From positions 12,499-76,498 of the forward strand of contig JAEKLB010000020.1 of assembly GCA_019510095.1 (NCBI GenBank): a DNA stretch of 64,000 nt. Direction: 5' to 3'. The position numbers and the translations under genes were made by a program. This document shows positions 49,789 through 59,758 of the stretch, piece by piece (within the stretch, counting starts at the first letter, position 1; every line of letters starts with the position of its first letter). Below the pieces are notes generated by a model. The model was not told where the DNA came from, ran no database searches, and worked only from the letters and a program-made list of their open reading frames with translations. The stretch is from Acidobacteriota bacterium (lineage in GTDB: Bacteria > Actinomycetota > Acidimicrobiia > Acidimicrobiales > CADCSY01).

Positions 49789-50265
49789 GTGTCAGCCTTC
49801 GATGACCTGCTCGCCAGCAACGAAGCGTTCGCAGCAGAGTTCGCCGCCGGTGAGCTGCCTGCGCCGCCGGCCAAGCACCTCGCCGTGCTCACCTGCATGG
49901 ACGCCCGCATCCTTCCGCTCGCCGTCTTCGGGCTCGAGCCAGGCGATGCCCACATCGTCCGCAACGCCGGTGGCCGCGTGACCGACGATGCCCTGCGCTC
50001 GCTCCTGGTGTCGACCCACATCCTCGACGTCCGGTCGATCGCCGTCGTACACCACACAGAGTGCTCGATGGCTCGATTCAGCCAGGAGGACCTGAGCGTC
50101 CAGATCGGCTCCGACGGCGTCGACTTCCGGGTGATCGGCGACCCGGAGGCGTCCCTCAAGGATGACGTCGGGCAGCTGCGGTCATCACCGTGGTTCCCAC
50201 CCGACACCGACATACGCGGCTACGAGTACGACGTGCGTACCGGCCGCCTTCGCCAGATCCTCTGA
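49789..50265 (+). CDS. Beta-class carbonic anhydrase
   Basis: CMDAR, RNAGG, HHTEC, YDVRTG. Confidence 0.92.
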   Translation: MSAFDDLLASNEAFAAEFAAGELPAPPAKHLAVLTCMDARILPLAVFGLEPGDAHIVRNAGGRVTDDALRSLLVSTHILDVRSIAVVHHTECSMARFSQEDLSVQIGSDGVDFRVIGDPEASLKDDVGQLRSSPWFPPDTDIRGYEYDVRTGRLRQIL

Positions 50266-50344
50266 CCGACACCACGGCGAGGGCCCTGCCTGGCGCTGCG
50301 GAGCGATCACCAGGTCGGTGATGCTCCGCGGCGCCGTGCAGCGA

Positions 50345-51181
50345 TCAGGAGGAGGTGAGGCTCAGTTCCTTGACGAGTGCGGGCGCGTTGACGATCTGGC
50401 CGCTGTAGCGCATCGGATCCTCGATCGTGCAGAGGTAGTCGATGGCGGCGGCAGGAACGGCGAGCGGGATCGCACCCGTCTCTGATCCCACGATGCCCTG
50501 TTGGCGGTAGGTCTCGTCCATCGTCTCCGTCAGAACGTGCCCGGGGACCAGGTTGATGACCGCGATGTTGTGCTGCATGCCGGTAGCCGCAACCACGTTG
50601 GCCATGCGGTCGAGCGCGGCCTTGCTCGCGCCGTACAGGGGCCCATTGCGGGGCAATGAGCTGCCTGCGAGCCCGTTGGTCTCCCCGAGCGGCTTCAGAT
50701 CGGCGACCGGTGAGGTCACGTTGATGACGACGCCGCCGCCCCGCTGGCTCATCGACTCCCAGAAGGCGGTCGTGAGCATCAGGGGTGCTGTCACGTTGAT
50801 GGCGAAGCCCTTCTCCCACTGATCCCGGGTCAGCTCGGGCACGGTCGAGAACAGCGCCTTGCCGACGGTGTAGGCCGCGTTGTTGATGAGGATGTCGACC
50901 CCGCCGCAGTGCTCGAGCGTCGACGCCACCAGCCGATCAAGGTCGTCCTGACGCGAGAGGTCAGCGGCCAGAACCAACGGCTCGCAGCCCAAGGCCCGGA
51001 GCTCGTCGGCCGTGTCACCGAGCGTGCCAGGGGTGTTCGCACGCGCCTCGACCGTACGTGCCGCGATCACCACCTTGGCACCGTGGCTGGCCAATCGCAG
51101 GGCTGCCTGCTTGCCGATGCCGCGGCTGGCCCCGGTGATCACCGCAACTTTCCCGTCCAGTCGGTCGTCAGTCCCGCTCAT
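50345..51181 (-). CDS. SDR family oxidoreductase
   Basis: TGASRGIG, NNAA, YGASK. Confidence 0.9.
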   Translation of the reverse strand: MSGTDDRLDGKVAVITGASRGIGKQAALRLASHGAKVVIAARTVEARANTPGTLGDTADELRALGCEPLVLAADLSRQDDLDRLVASTLEHCGGVDILINNAAYTVGKALFSTVPELTRDQWEKGFAINVTAPLMLTTAFWESMSQRGGGVVINVTSPVADLKPLGETNGLAGSSLPRNGPLYGASKAALDRMANVVAATGMQHNIAVINLVPGHVLTETMDETYRQQGIVGSETGAIPLAVPAAAIDYLCTIEDPMRYSGQIVNAPALVKELSLTSS

Positions 51182-51274
51182 GCGAGAACCGCGCCGCGAC
51201 GACCCGAACCACTCGAAGGCTTCATGGCGGCGAGTGTAGAACGGCGCGCCTCGGCGCGTCCCGTCCCGTTCGGC

Positions 51275-52189
51275 CTAGGGGACGGTGATCACGACCTTGC
51301 CGGTCACGTGGCCGGTCTCCACGTGGGCCAAGGCGTCAGCCGCCCGTTCGAGCGGGTAGGTCGCGGTGACGCACGGGTCGAGCACGCCCCGCACCACGAG
51401 CTCGGCGAGCTCGATCAGCGTCGCGGACGGACGGTCGCGGTTGACCACCAGACCGCCGAACTCGGCGGCCACGGCCGTCTCCGCCACCTCCACGATGCGG
51501 GAGCTGTCGGCCAGCAGCGGCGCGACGTCACTGAGGGCGACGCTGCCAACCGTGTCGATGATGGCGGTGATCCCAGAGGGGGCGAGGGCCTCGATCCGCT
51601 CCCGTACACCTTCACCGTACGCGACGGGCTCGGCGCCGAGCTTCTCGAGGAACACGTGCTTGGGCTCGCTCGCCGTGCCGATCACACGCACACCCCGATC
51701 GCGCAACAGTTGAACGGCAGCCACACCCACACCACCGGCCGCGCCCGTCACGACGACGACGTCCGCCGCCCCGAGCTGCAGCTGCGCCAACGCGTTGTAC
51801 GCCGTCACCGAGGCGATGGGCAGCACGGCGGCGACCGTGAAGGACACCTCGGGGGGCTTGTGGGCAGTGACGTCGGCGTCGAGCAACGCGTACTCGGCGA
51901 ACCCGGCCATCGGGGTGGAGCCGAACACCTCGTCGCCTGGGGCGAAACCGGTGACCTGGGGCCCGACCGCCTCCACGACGCCGGAGACCTCGCGCCCGAG
52001 AACGGCCGGGAGGTCGAGCGGCATGAAGTCACGGAGACGGCCGTTCCGGGTCTTCACGTCGACGGGATTGACACCAGCAGCGCGCACCCCGACGAGCAGC
52101 TGGCCGGCAGCAGGGCTCGGCATCGGGACCTCGGCCAGCGCCAACTGCTCCGGACCGCCATAGTCCTTGAACACGAGCGCTCGGGGCAC
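51275..52189 (-). CDS. NADP-dependent oxidoreductase (MDR/quinone reductase-like)
   Basis: AAGVNPVD, GAAGGVG, GKVV. Confidence 0.9.
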   Translation of the reverse strand: MPRALVFKDYGGPEQLALAEVPMPSPAAGQLLVGVRAAGVNPVDVKTRNGRLRDFMPLDLPAVLGREVSGVVEAVGPQVTGFAPGDEVFGSTPMAGFAEYALLDADVTAHKPPEVSFTVAAVLPIASVTAYNALAQLQLGAADVVVVTGAAGGVGVAAVQLLRDRGVRVIGTASEPKHVFLEKLGAEPVAYGEGVRERIEALAPSGITAIIDTVGSVALSDVAPLLADSSRIVEVAETAVAAEFGGLVVNRDRPSATLIELAELVVRGVLDPCVTATYPLERAADALAHVETGHVTGKVVITVP

Positions 52190-52335
52190 AGACCCTCCTT
52201 CGATCCAGACCTGACCCACTCACCGAATCATCAGCGGCAGCAAGCTACCGAAGGACTCGGAGCCCGAGTGGTCCCGAGGTCTCGATCAAAGGCGCCGACC
52301 GGAGCGGCCAGCGCCGCGCCCGAAGCGGGCGATCG

Positions 52336-52773
52336 TCAAGCGGCCTTCATGTGCTGTCGCTTGGCCGCCTCGAACTTCCGTCCAACGTCTTCGAGGGTCC
52401 CCGGATCGGTCTTCTGCTTCCACTCGGGAAGGATGGCCTGCTCTTCCTCGTGGACGTGGTGCTGAATCGCCTCCATCAGCTCGGACAGCTGCGCCATGAA
52501 CTGCCCGTCATCACCAACGCACCCACGGAGCTCCTCGAGCATCGTCGACGCCTCGGCGTGCTCCTGGGTGGCCTCCTCGCTGTCGAAGCTGGCCACGCCG
52601 GCCTGGGCGATCAGTGGATAGACAACCTGTTCCTCGGCCTCGGTGTGGGGTACCAGCAGCACGGCGAGCTGGTCGACCAAGCCGCTGCGATCTCCGTCGC
52701 CCGACTGCAGCCTTGCGAAGACCTTCTCGACCTCCCGGTGGTCCTGTTCGATCATCGTCACGACATCCGCCAT
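52336..52773 (-). CDS. Hemerythrin-domain protein
   Basis: DH.EV, H..AEE..YP, EH, HH..EEE. Confidence 0.88.
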   Translation of the reverse strand: MADVVTMIEQDHREVEKVFARLQSGDGDRSGLVDQLAVLLVPHTEAEEQVVYPLIAQAGVASFDSEEATQEHAEASTMLEELRGCVGDDGQFMAQLSELMEAIQHHVHEEEQAILPEWKQKTDPGTLEDVGRKFEAAKRQHMKAA

Positions 52774-52963
52774 GTCATGGCCTCCTCATGGTCCGCTCTG
52801 GCAATCCCCTACCCCCACGACCCTCCGAGAAGACACCTGCTCTCGGGGGTCAAGAGTCGGCGACGGGGGTAGAGCCTGGCGCGACGGTTGAGCAGGCAGC
52901 CATCCCCCGATCCGCGCACGCGGCGACGCGTCATCGCCTGGAATCTGCAGGAGCAACCGGGGC

Positions 52964-53596
52964 ATGGGGAACAGAGCTGGGACGCGCTGGCCGGGGCGAT
53001 GGTGTCGCCATCCCCGGCTCGGCGCCGCCGCCACCTTGCTGGTGCTGCTCGCCGTTGCCTGCAACCCCTCAGGGGCGACGGACCGAGCCGACATCCGGGC
53101 GCCCGCCGAGGCCGCGGTGGGGCTCGCCGGCAGCGCGCTCGCGCCGGGCCGGCCACGGGCGCCCCTGTCGGGGGCCCTGACCGCGGACGCGCTGCTGTTG
53201 ACTGCGTTGCGGGACGCGACGGCAGAGCTGCTCGGCCGTGCGCCAACCGCCGCCGAGGGGTTCACGTTCATCCGGGTCTTCCACGCAGCCGAGCTGGAGG
53301 CCCGGCGTCGGCATGCCGATGGACTCACCATGAGGGTCCCCATTCCGGGGACGATGGCTCGGCAGTTCGTCATCGAGCAGCACCGACCAGAGATCCAGGC
53401 CTTCACGGCTCGTCTCCGCTCGCAAGCGTCGGTGTCCACCTCCACGACGCCCCCGCCACCGACCCCGGTCCGCGCACCGAACCGTCCGCTGCCACCGGCC
53501 ATCCCGATGTCGACGACGTCGACCACCACGGCCACGACGGCCCCCACCGAGAACCCGTCGCCGTCGGAGACGGCCGCGAGTGAGACCCAGCCGTGA
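52964..53596 (+). CDS. Putative lipoprotein with Thr/Pro-rich tail
   Basis: Hydrophobic stretch ending LAVAC (lipobox-like); low-complexity C-terminus. Confidence 0.5.
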   Translation: MGNRAGTRWPGRWCRHPRLGAAATLLVLLAVACNPSGATDRADIRAPAEAAVGLAGSALAPGRPRAPLSGALTADALLLTALRDATAELLGRAPTAAEGFTFIRVFHAAELEARRRHADGLTMRVPIPGTMARQFVIEQHRPEIQAFTARLRSQASVSTSTTPPPPTPVRAPNRPLPPAIPMSTTSTTTATTAPTENPSPSETAASETQP

Positions 53597-53771
53597 TCAA
53601 CCATCGGAAATCGAGGAAGGCCACCTCGTCCGCCACTATCGACGTCGCAACGGCGAGCTATGGGACGCCATCACGATGGGTCTCGTCCTCGACGACTCAT
53701 CACCTGGATCGCCCCATTCCGCCGCATCCCCTCTCTAAGCGCGCGATCGCGCGTCACTTTCGCCGTCATCG

Positions 53772-55073
53772 TTGACCAGGACGTGGTCATACTGCAGCGT
53801 GCACATCGGGGGGTGGGCCGGTCCTCGCCGCGGCAAGGTGATAGCGGCGGTCGCAGCAGCATCGGTCCTGTTGACGCTGGTTTCGGCTGCGCCAGGAGCG
53901 CGCGCCGCCGACTACCAGGAGGTGCGCTACGAGCACTGGGTCGACCCGTCGAGGCCGACGCCGCCGAACGGGACCTATCCCGGCACGTCCTCGCGCAGCA
54001 TCGACATTCGCTTCCTGGTGCCGCCCGGCAACGGCCCGTTTCCGCTGGTGATCTACAGCCACGGGCAGAACGGGACCATGGAGGGTTCGGACGCGCTGTT
54101 GCGGCCCCTCGAGAAGGCCGGCTACCTCGTGGCCATCCCCGACTACCCGTACGCGCGGCTGAACCCGCCCGGAGGCCTGACCGGCATCGACCGGGTGAAC
54201 GAGACGAAGGACGAGACATTCGTTCTGGACAAGATCCTCGACGTTTCGGAGCACTTCACCGGATGGCTCGGCGGCCTCGTCGACGCCACGCGCGTCGCGG
54301 CGGCCGGTCAGTCGCGTGGCGGCTACACGACGCTAGGCCTGTTCAACAGCTGCTGCCGCGACGATCGCTTCAAGGCGGTGATCATGCTCTCCGCCGCGCT
54401 CGACGGCCGGGACGACTTCAAGGGCACCTGGCTGCCGAACCCGCCGTTCCTCGGTATCGCCGGCGACGCCGACTCCTACAAGGATCTGCACCTCTACGAC
54501 ACGAACCACGCCTTTTTCGCCACCACCAGCAGCCCCACCTATTTCATCACCGCCCTGGGCGCCGACCACACCGATCCCCTCAACCCCCGGCTCAAGTGGG
54601 CCGGCTGGGTGGCCGACGCCATGGTGGGCTTCCTCGACACCTATGTCCGCGCCGACCCGACGGGACCGCAACGACTCGGCAACGGCGGCAACCACCCGGG
54701 GGCGACCCGCTGCGAGGGCTGCAAGCCCTACCGGGAGACACCGACCACTGACCTGCCCAGCGCAACGACGTCGACAACGACCACCCTCAAGACGTCCAAG
54801 CCGACCTTGACGACCAAGAAGCCAGCACTCAAGGTGACGCCGAAGGCGACAGCCACGACCACGAACGGTGCAGCCAAGACGAAGCCGGCCGCGACGAAGA
54901 AGACCGCCACCCCGAAGCGACCGGCAAAGACGGGCACCCCGCCGGCCAAGGCGCCGACCACCACAATGCCTCCGACTTCGACGACGGAGACGACGGTGCT
55001 TTCCAACCTCGAGATCCGGATACCGGGCGGGGCGCGGACCGATACATCAACGACGCCAAACACCACCGGGTAA
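53772..55073 (+). CDS. Secreted alpha/beta hydrolase with Thr/Lys-rich tail
   Basis: Signal-like segment, GPFPLVIYSHG, GQSRGG nucleophile elbow, GADH; start uncertain. Confidence 0.75.
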   Translation: MTRTWSYCSVHIGGWAGPRRGKVIAAVAAASVLLTLVSAAPGARAADYQEVRYEHWVDPSRPTPPNGTYPGTSSRSIDIRFLVPPGNGPFPLVIYSHGQNGTMEGSDALLRPLEKAGYLVAIPDYPYARLNPPGGLTGIDRVNETKDETFVLDKILDVSEHFTGWLGGLVDATRVAAAGQSRGGYTTLGLFNSCCRDDRFKAVIMLSAALDGRDDFKGTWLPNPPFLGIAGDADSYKDLHLYDTNHAFFATTSSPTYFITALGADHTDPLNPRLKWAGWVADAMVGFLDTYVRADPTGPQRLGNGGNHPGATRCEGCKPYRETPTTDLPSATTSTTTTLKTSKPTLTTKKPALKVTPKATATTTNGAAKTKPAATKKTATPKRPAKTGTPPAKAPTTTMPPTSTTETTVLSNLEIRIPGGARTDTSTTPNTTG

Positions 55074-55201
55074 GGACCGCGACCGTGAGTCCGACTCCGA
55101 TGTCCTCCCGCGGTGACGCTCCATAGCCCCTATTGGCTCCCCACTCACGTTCCGACGCTCACGTGAGACAAGCAATGAGGCTCTGAGCAGGAGTTCTCGG
55201 G

Positions 55202-55275
55202 TGGGCCGTACAGGACTTGAACCTGTGACCCCTTGCGTGTCATGCAAGTGCTCTACCAAGCTGAGCTAACGGCCC
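55202..55275 (-). tRNA. tRNA-Val (GAC)
   Basis: Reverse complement GGGCCGTTAGCTCAGCTTGGTAGAGC...TGACAC...GGTTCAAGTCCTGTACGGCCCA. Confidence 0.93.
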
Positions 55276-55309
55276 GAGGCGTGCGAGGGTAGCAGCCGAC
55301 GTCGGCCTC

Positions 55310-55957
55310 TCAGCCGCCCGCGATGTCGTGATTGCGTAGATCGGCCACGAGATCAGCAAGGAGCCGGGGCGCCGCCGTTGCGATGCTTGCCTCGGCATTG
55401 CCCAACGCCGTGACGAGCGGAACGAGGTCACCCGCAGCCAGTGACAAGCGAGGTCGGCGGGTGAGGATGACCCCGACCCGCTCGGCCACCTCTTCGATGT
55501 TCGAGATGCGTGCCGGGATGTCGACCTCGCGGAGGCGGATGACGAGCTGCACCCAGCGCGCCCGCTGAGCATCGTCATCGAGGACGTCGGCCAGGCCGGC
55601 GCCGGTCGCCAGCGCTGCGTCGAAGGCGACACGGGCGGGCTCGTGCCACTGGAGCGTCGCGTCGAGGAGCAGCTCGTAGCCGACGTGGGCCGCCGCTCGG
55701 CGTGCTCCGGTCGCCAGCCCCGCCTCCCGCAGCTCCGACCGGAGCGACGCCACGCCGGTCCGAAACGTCGGATGGTTGTGGAATGCGGCGTCGGCCACAT
55801 GGTGGAGCTGCCTGCCGCGCTCCACGGCCGCTGGTAGCTGATCGCCAAAGCGCACCGCCACGAGCGAGGCAAGATCGGGGAGCATCGTCCCCAGCAGGGC
55901 CTGGGGCTCGGCAACCCCGGCGGCGTGTGCGGTCCATGCATGAGCAGGGAAGTTCAT
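55310..55957 (-). CDS. AcpH-like / HD-type metal-dependent hydrolase
   Basis: MNF.AH, G..LPD, G..LH..AD..FH.HP.F pattern. Confidence 0.55.
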   Translation of the reverse strand: MNFPAHAWTAHAAGVAEPQALLGTMLPDLASLVAVRFGDQLPAAVERGRQLHHVADAAFHNHPTFRTGVASLRSELREAGLATGARRAAAHVGYELLLDATLQWHEPARVAFDAALATGAGLADVLDDDAQRARWVQLVIRLREVDIPARISNIEEVAERVGVILTRRPRLSLAAGDLVPLVTALGNAEASIATAAPRLLADLVADLRNHDIAGG

Positions 55958-55991
55958 GGTTGTTCGGGCAGCGTACGCTCGGCCGATACCT

Positions 55992-56609
55992 ATGACGGGC
56001 AGGGGGCTCCGCGCCAAGCGAGCACGAGAGCGCGCCATCGGCGTCATGCTCCTGCTGCCCGCTGCGCCGGTGCTCGCACTCGCCGCTGCGGCCATCTGGC
56101 TGGAGAGCCGTCTCGACCACCGCGCTCGTGGGCCAGTGCTCTTCCGCGAACAGCGAATCGCCGAGGGACGGGTGATCGAGCTGCTCAAGTTCCGGACACT
56201 CGACGCGAGCGCGCTGGCATCCCTCGGCGATGGGCCGACGCACATCGCCACCCTCGAGCGCGAAGGCCGGATGACACGCAGCGGGCGAACGATCAAGCAG
56301 TGGTACCTCGACGAGCTCCCCCAGCTGTGGAACATCGCCCGCGGTGACATCGGACTGGTCGGCACCAGGCCGTACCCCATCGAGCTCTACGAGGCTGAGC
56401 TGGCCGCCGGGATCACCCGCAAGCGCGACATGCCGTCAGGCCTCATCGGGCCGGTGCAGTCCCGAAAGGGAACGACGATGGATGCCCTCGCCCTCGACCA
56501 GGAGTACTGGGACGCGTGCCGCTCGTACTCGTCATGGCGCCTCGCCCTGCTCGATCTCCGGATCACCCTTCGCTCCGCCCGCGTGCTGCTCCAGCACAAG
56601 GGCATCTGA
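55992..56609 (+). CDS. Bacterial sugar transferase (phosphoglycosyl transferase)
   Basis: GPVLFREQR, KFRT, LDELPQLWNI..GDI.LVG.RP. Confidence 0.88.
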   Translation: MTGRGLRAKRARERAIGVMLLLPAAPVLALAAAAIWLESRLDHRARGPVLFREQRIAEGRVIELLKFRTLDASALASLGDGPTHIATLEREGRMTRSGRTIKQWYLDELPQLWNIARGDIGLVGTRPYPIELYEAELAAGITRKRDMPSGLIGPVQSRKGTTMDALALDQEYWDACRSYSSWRLALLDLRITLRSARVLLQHKGI

Positions 56610-56626
56610 CCCGCCTCACCTGAACT

Positions 56627-56666
56627 CGCGACGGATCCTCGGCAGATCTGCCGAGGATCCGTCGCG
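56627..56666. repeat. Perfect 40-bp palindrome, family A
   Basis: CGCGACGGATCCTCGGCAGA|TCTGCCGAGGATCCGTCGCG between convergent genes. Confidence 0.9.
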
Positions 56667-56683
56667 GGTTCGGGCAACGGGGC

Positions 56684-57319
56684 TCAGGCCAGCAGGGGGA
56701 GGACGTCGGCCGCGCCCGTACAGATGGGAACGTCGAGCCACTGGGTGAGCCATCCGGCGTTGCGCGGATGGAGGTCGTCGAGCGGGTCGTAACGGTTGAG
56801 GACCACTGCGACCCGGTAGCGCTCGATCGGGGGAAGGCAGGTCCGCACCGCGTGCAGCGTGCCGAGGCCGGCGTCGGCGACCAGGACCACCAGGTCGGGG
56901 GCCAGGGCCTCGGCCAGGTCGACGGTGTCGGCACCGTCGTGGGTGATCGGCGATCGAACGCCGCCGACACCCTCGACCACGCCGAGCCGTACCGAGCTGG
57001 GCCACGTGACCTCGTCGATCAGCTCCGACAACCGCAGCCGGGGGCGGCCGAGGACGTCGGCGGCCATGAAGGGCGCCATCGCCCGCTCATACGAGCGGTG
57101 CGGTGGGCACACGACGTCGGGATCCTCGCCCGATGCCGCGGCGAGCACGTCGGCGTCGGTTGGCGTACCCGGCTCGGACGACTGCGTCGGCTTGCGAGCC
57201 GCCACTGACCAGCCCACCGTGCGAGCAGCTCGCAGCAGCTCGGCGGCCACCCAGGTCTTCCCGACGCCCGTACCGGTGCCGGTGACCAGCACGACCCGGG
57301 CCGGGCGCTCACCGGCCAT
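56684..57319 (-). CDS. bioD: Dethiobiotin synthase
   Basis: TGTGTGVGKT, KP.QS, VEGVGG, LGTL. Confidence 0.92.
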   Translation of the reverse strand: MAGERPARVVLVTGTGTGVGKTWVAAELLRAARTVGWSVAARKPTQSSEPGTPTDADVLAAASGEDPDVVCPPHRSYERAMAPFMAADVLGRPRLRLSELIDEVTWPSSVRLGVVEGVGGVRSPITHDGADTVDLAEALAPDLVVLVADAGLGTLHAVRTCLPPIERYRVAVVLNRYDPLDDLHPRNAGWLTQWLDVPICTGAADVLPLLA

Positions 57320-58433
57320 GGTCACGCCAGCCTGGCACGCACTCGTCGAGCGCCTCGACCAGCGCGTCGACCTGGTCGAGGGTGTGGGCCGCCGACAGCG
57401 TGACGCGCAGGCGCGAGGTCCCCACGGGCACGGTCGGAGGGCGGATTGCCGGCACCAGCACGCCCCGCGCCCTGAGGGCGGCAGCGGCGGCAAGCGCCGC
57501 CTGCTCCCCGCCGACCACGACCGGCACGATGGGCGACGGGTGCCCGGGGCGGAGGCAGTCGATGTTCGCTCGCAAGCGGGCCCGCAGCTCGTCGCCCTCG
57601 GGCGACTGGACGATCCTCACCGCCGCCAGCGCGGCGGCGGCGTCGGCCGGGCTCGACGCCGTCGTGAAGATGAAGCTCCGGGCCCGGTTGACGAGCAGGT
57701 CGGCCAAAGGGCCGGACGTGGCGACGAACCCCCCGAGGGAGCCCAAGGCCTTCGACAGCGTGCCGACCCGGACGACCTCGGCATCGCCGGTGTCGCCGAC
57801 CGGGCCGAACACCTGATGGGCCTCATCGAGAACCAGGAGGGCGCCGTGCCGCGCGCACACCTCGGCCAGCTCGGTCACTGGTGCGACGTCGCCATCCATG
57901 GAGAAGACGGTGTCGGTGACCACGACAGCCGGTTGGTCGCCGCCTGCCAGCAACGAGGCGACGTGATCAACGTCGCCATGGCGGTACACGGCAACGTCGG
58001 CCCGCGACAGCCGGCAGCCGTCGACGATCGACGCGTGGTTGAGCTCCTCGGAGATCACGCGACCGCCCCGCGCGGCGAACGTCGTGAGCACGCCTAGGTT
58101 GGCCTGGAAGCCGGTGGAGAACAGCACGGCGCGCTCCTCGTCCTTCCACGCAGCGAGCGCCAGCTCGAGCTCGTCGTGGACCGGGCGCGACCCGACGATC
58201 AGCCGGGCCGAGGTCGAGCCGCTCCCCCATCGATCGAGGGCATCGTGGCCGGCGGCGATCACCCCGGGATGACCGGCGAGGCCGAGGTAGTCGTTCGACG
58301 CGAAGGACACGACCTTGGCGCCATCGGGCACGGTTCCTTCGGGGCCCAGCGCATCGAGGGTCGTGGGGCGGCGCCACCGGCCCTGGCCCAGGATGGCCGC
58401 GCCCTCGGCGCTGGCCCAGTCCCGCCACGTCAT
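57309..58433 (-). CDS. bioF: 8-amino-7-oxononanoate synthase
   Basis: SNDYLGL, NHASIVDG, FSMDGD, DEAH, TLSKA, IRPPTVP. Confidence 0.93.
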   Translation of the reverse strand: MTWRDWASAEGAAILGQGRWRRPTTLDALGPEGTVPDGAKVVSFASNDYLGLAGHPGVIAAGHDALDRWGSGSTSARLIVGSRPVHDELELALAAWKDEERAVLFSTGFQANLGVLTTFAARGGRVISEELNHASIVDGCRLSRADVAVYRHGDVDHVASLLAGGDQPAVVVTDTVFSMDGDVAPVTELAEVCARHGALLVLDEAHQVFGPVGDTGDAEVVRVGTLSKALGSLGGFVATSGPLADLLVNRARSFIFTTASSPADAAAALAAVRIVQSPEGDELRARLRANIDCLRPGHPSPIVPVVVGGEQAALAAAAALRARGVLVPAIRPPTVPVGTSRLRVTLSAAHTLDQVDALVEALDECVPGWRDHGR

Positions 58434-59713
58434 CGGCAGACCTCGGCGATGGACGCCGCCAGCGCGTCGACGATGCGCTCGATCTCGTCGGCGGTGGACG
58501 TGAGGATCGGCATGAGGACCACGACGTCGCCGAGGGGCCGGAGCAGCACCCCCCGCTGCACCATGGCGGCACAGACCCGCCGGCCCCAGCGCAGGCCCGG
58601 CATCGGCGGCGCCAGCTCCACGCCGGCCATGAGGCCCTTGAGGCGCACCTCCTTCACCGCCGCAAGACCGGCGATGCGAGCGTCGAGCAGGGCACCCAGC
58701 TGGGCTGAACGGTCACGCACGTTGGCGAGCACGTCCCAGCTGTCGAGCAGCTCGAGGTGACGGAGTGCCACCGCCGCGGCCAAGGCGTTCCCGCCGAATG
58801 AATGGCCGTGATACAGCGTGCGGTCCGACAGGTCGGGACCGAGGAACGCGTCGTAGACGGCCCGACTGACCGCGGTGGCCGACATGGGCAAGTAGCCGGC
58901 GGTCATCCCCTTGCCGAGCACCACCATGTCGGGCCGGACACCCGCCTGCTCAACGGCAAACAAGGTGCCGGTGCGGCCGAAGCCAGTGGCGATCTCGTCG
59001 GCGATCAGCAACACGCCGGCCTCGTGACACGCAGCGGCCAGGCGGGCCAGCGCCTCGGGCTCGTGGAGCAGCATCCCGCCGGCCGCCTGCACGAGCGGTT
59101 CGACGACCACGGCGGCCAGCTCGTTGCCTCGCTCGCGCACCACGGCGGCGGCATCGTCGTACGACTGGGCGCGGACGACTGGGAACCGCAGCGGGTCGAA
59201 GATCGACGCGCCGAAGCCCCCGTCGTCTCCCAGCGACATCGCTCCCACGCTGTCGCCGTGATAGGCGCCGGTGAGCGCGCAGAACGTCGTACGTCCCTCG
59301 ATGCCGCGGTTGGCGAACGACTGGAAAGCCACCTTGATCGCCTGCTCGACCGCCGTCGCGCCGTCGGACGCGAACAGGAAGTGCGCGTCGTCGACCGGCA
59401 CCACCCGGGCCAAGGCCTCCGCCAGCTCGACGACGACCCGGTTGCCATTGCCGAGCATGGTCGAGTGCGCCACCAGGTCGAGCTGCTCCCGAATGGCGTC
59501 ATCGAGCTCCTGGACGTGGTGCCCGAGCGTGTTGACCCAGAGCGACGAGATGGCATCGAGGTAGCGAGTGCCATCGACGTCGATCAGCTCACGGCCTTCG
59601 GCCGAGGCCACGACCACCGGCTCGTTCTCGGCGAACGCGGACATCTGGGTGAAGCCGTGCCAGACGACCGCGGCGTCGCGGGCTACCCACGCCGCCCTGT
59701 CGCCATCCAGCAC
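58430..59713 (-). CDS. bioA: Adenosylmethionine-8-amino-7-oxononanoate aminotransferase
   Basis: WHGFTQM, DAISSLW, YHGD, DEIATGFGRTG, GKGMTAGY, RPLG. Confidence 0.93.
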   Translation of the reverse strand: MLDGDRAAWVARDAAVVWHGFTQMSAFAENEPVVVASAEGRELIDVDGTRYLDAISSLWVNTLGHHVQELDDAIREQLDLVAHSTMLGNGNRVVVELAEALARVVPVDDAHFLFASDGATAVEQAIKVAFQSFANRGIEGRTTFCALTGAYHGDSVGAMSLGDDGGFGASIFDPLRFPVVRAQSYDDAAAVVRERGNELAAVVVEPLVQAAGGMLLHEPEALARLAAACHEAGVLLIADEIATGFGRTGTLFAVEQAGVRPDMVVLGKGMTAGYLPMSATAVSRAVYDAFLGPDLSDRTLYHGHSFGGNALAAAVALRHLELLDSWDVLANVRDRSAQLGALLDARIAGLAAVKEVRLKGLMAGVELAPPMPGLRWGRRVCAAMVQRGVLLRPLGDVVVLMPILTSTADEIERIVDALAASIAEVCR

Positions 59714-59758
59714 CAGGTCATTCTGCTGGTGGAGGCCGGCGCCTGACGATTTCCCCGA

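Noticed and set aside
50345..55202. Genomic island integrated at tRNA-Val
   Set aside because: No integrase and no duplicated tRNA 3' end seen
56684..59713. Link between bioAFD and the phiRv1-like element (phiRv1 sits in the bio region of M. tuberculosis H37Rv)
   Set aside because: 37 kb apart with no shared sequence; treated as coincidence. Absence of bioB here is uninformative because it may lie elsewhere
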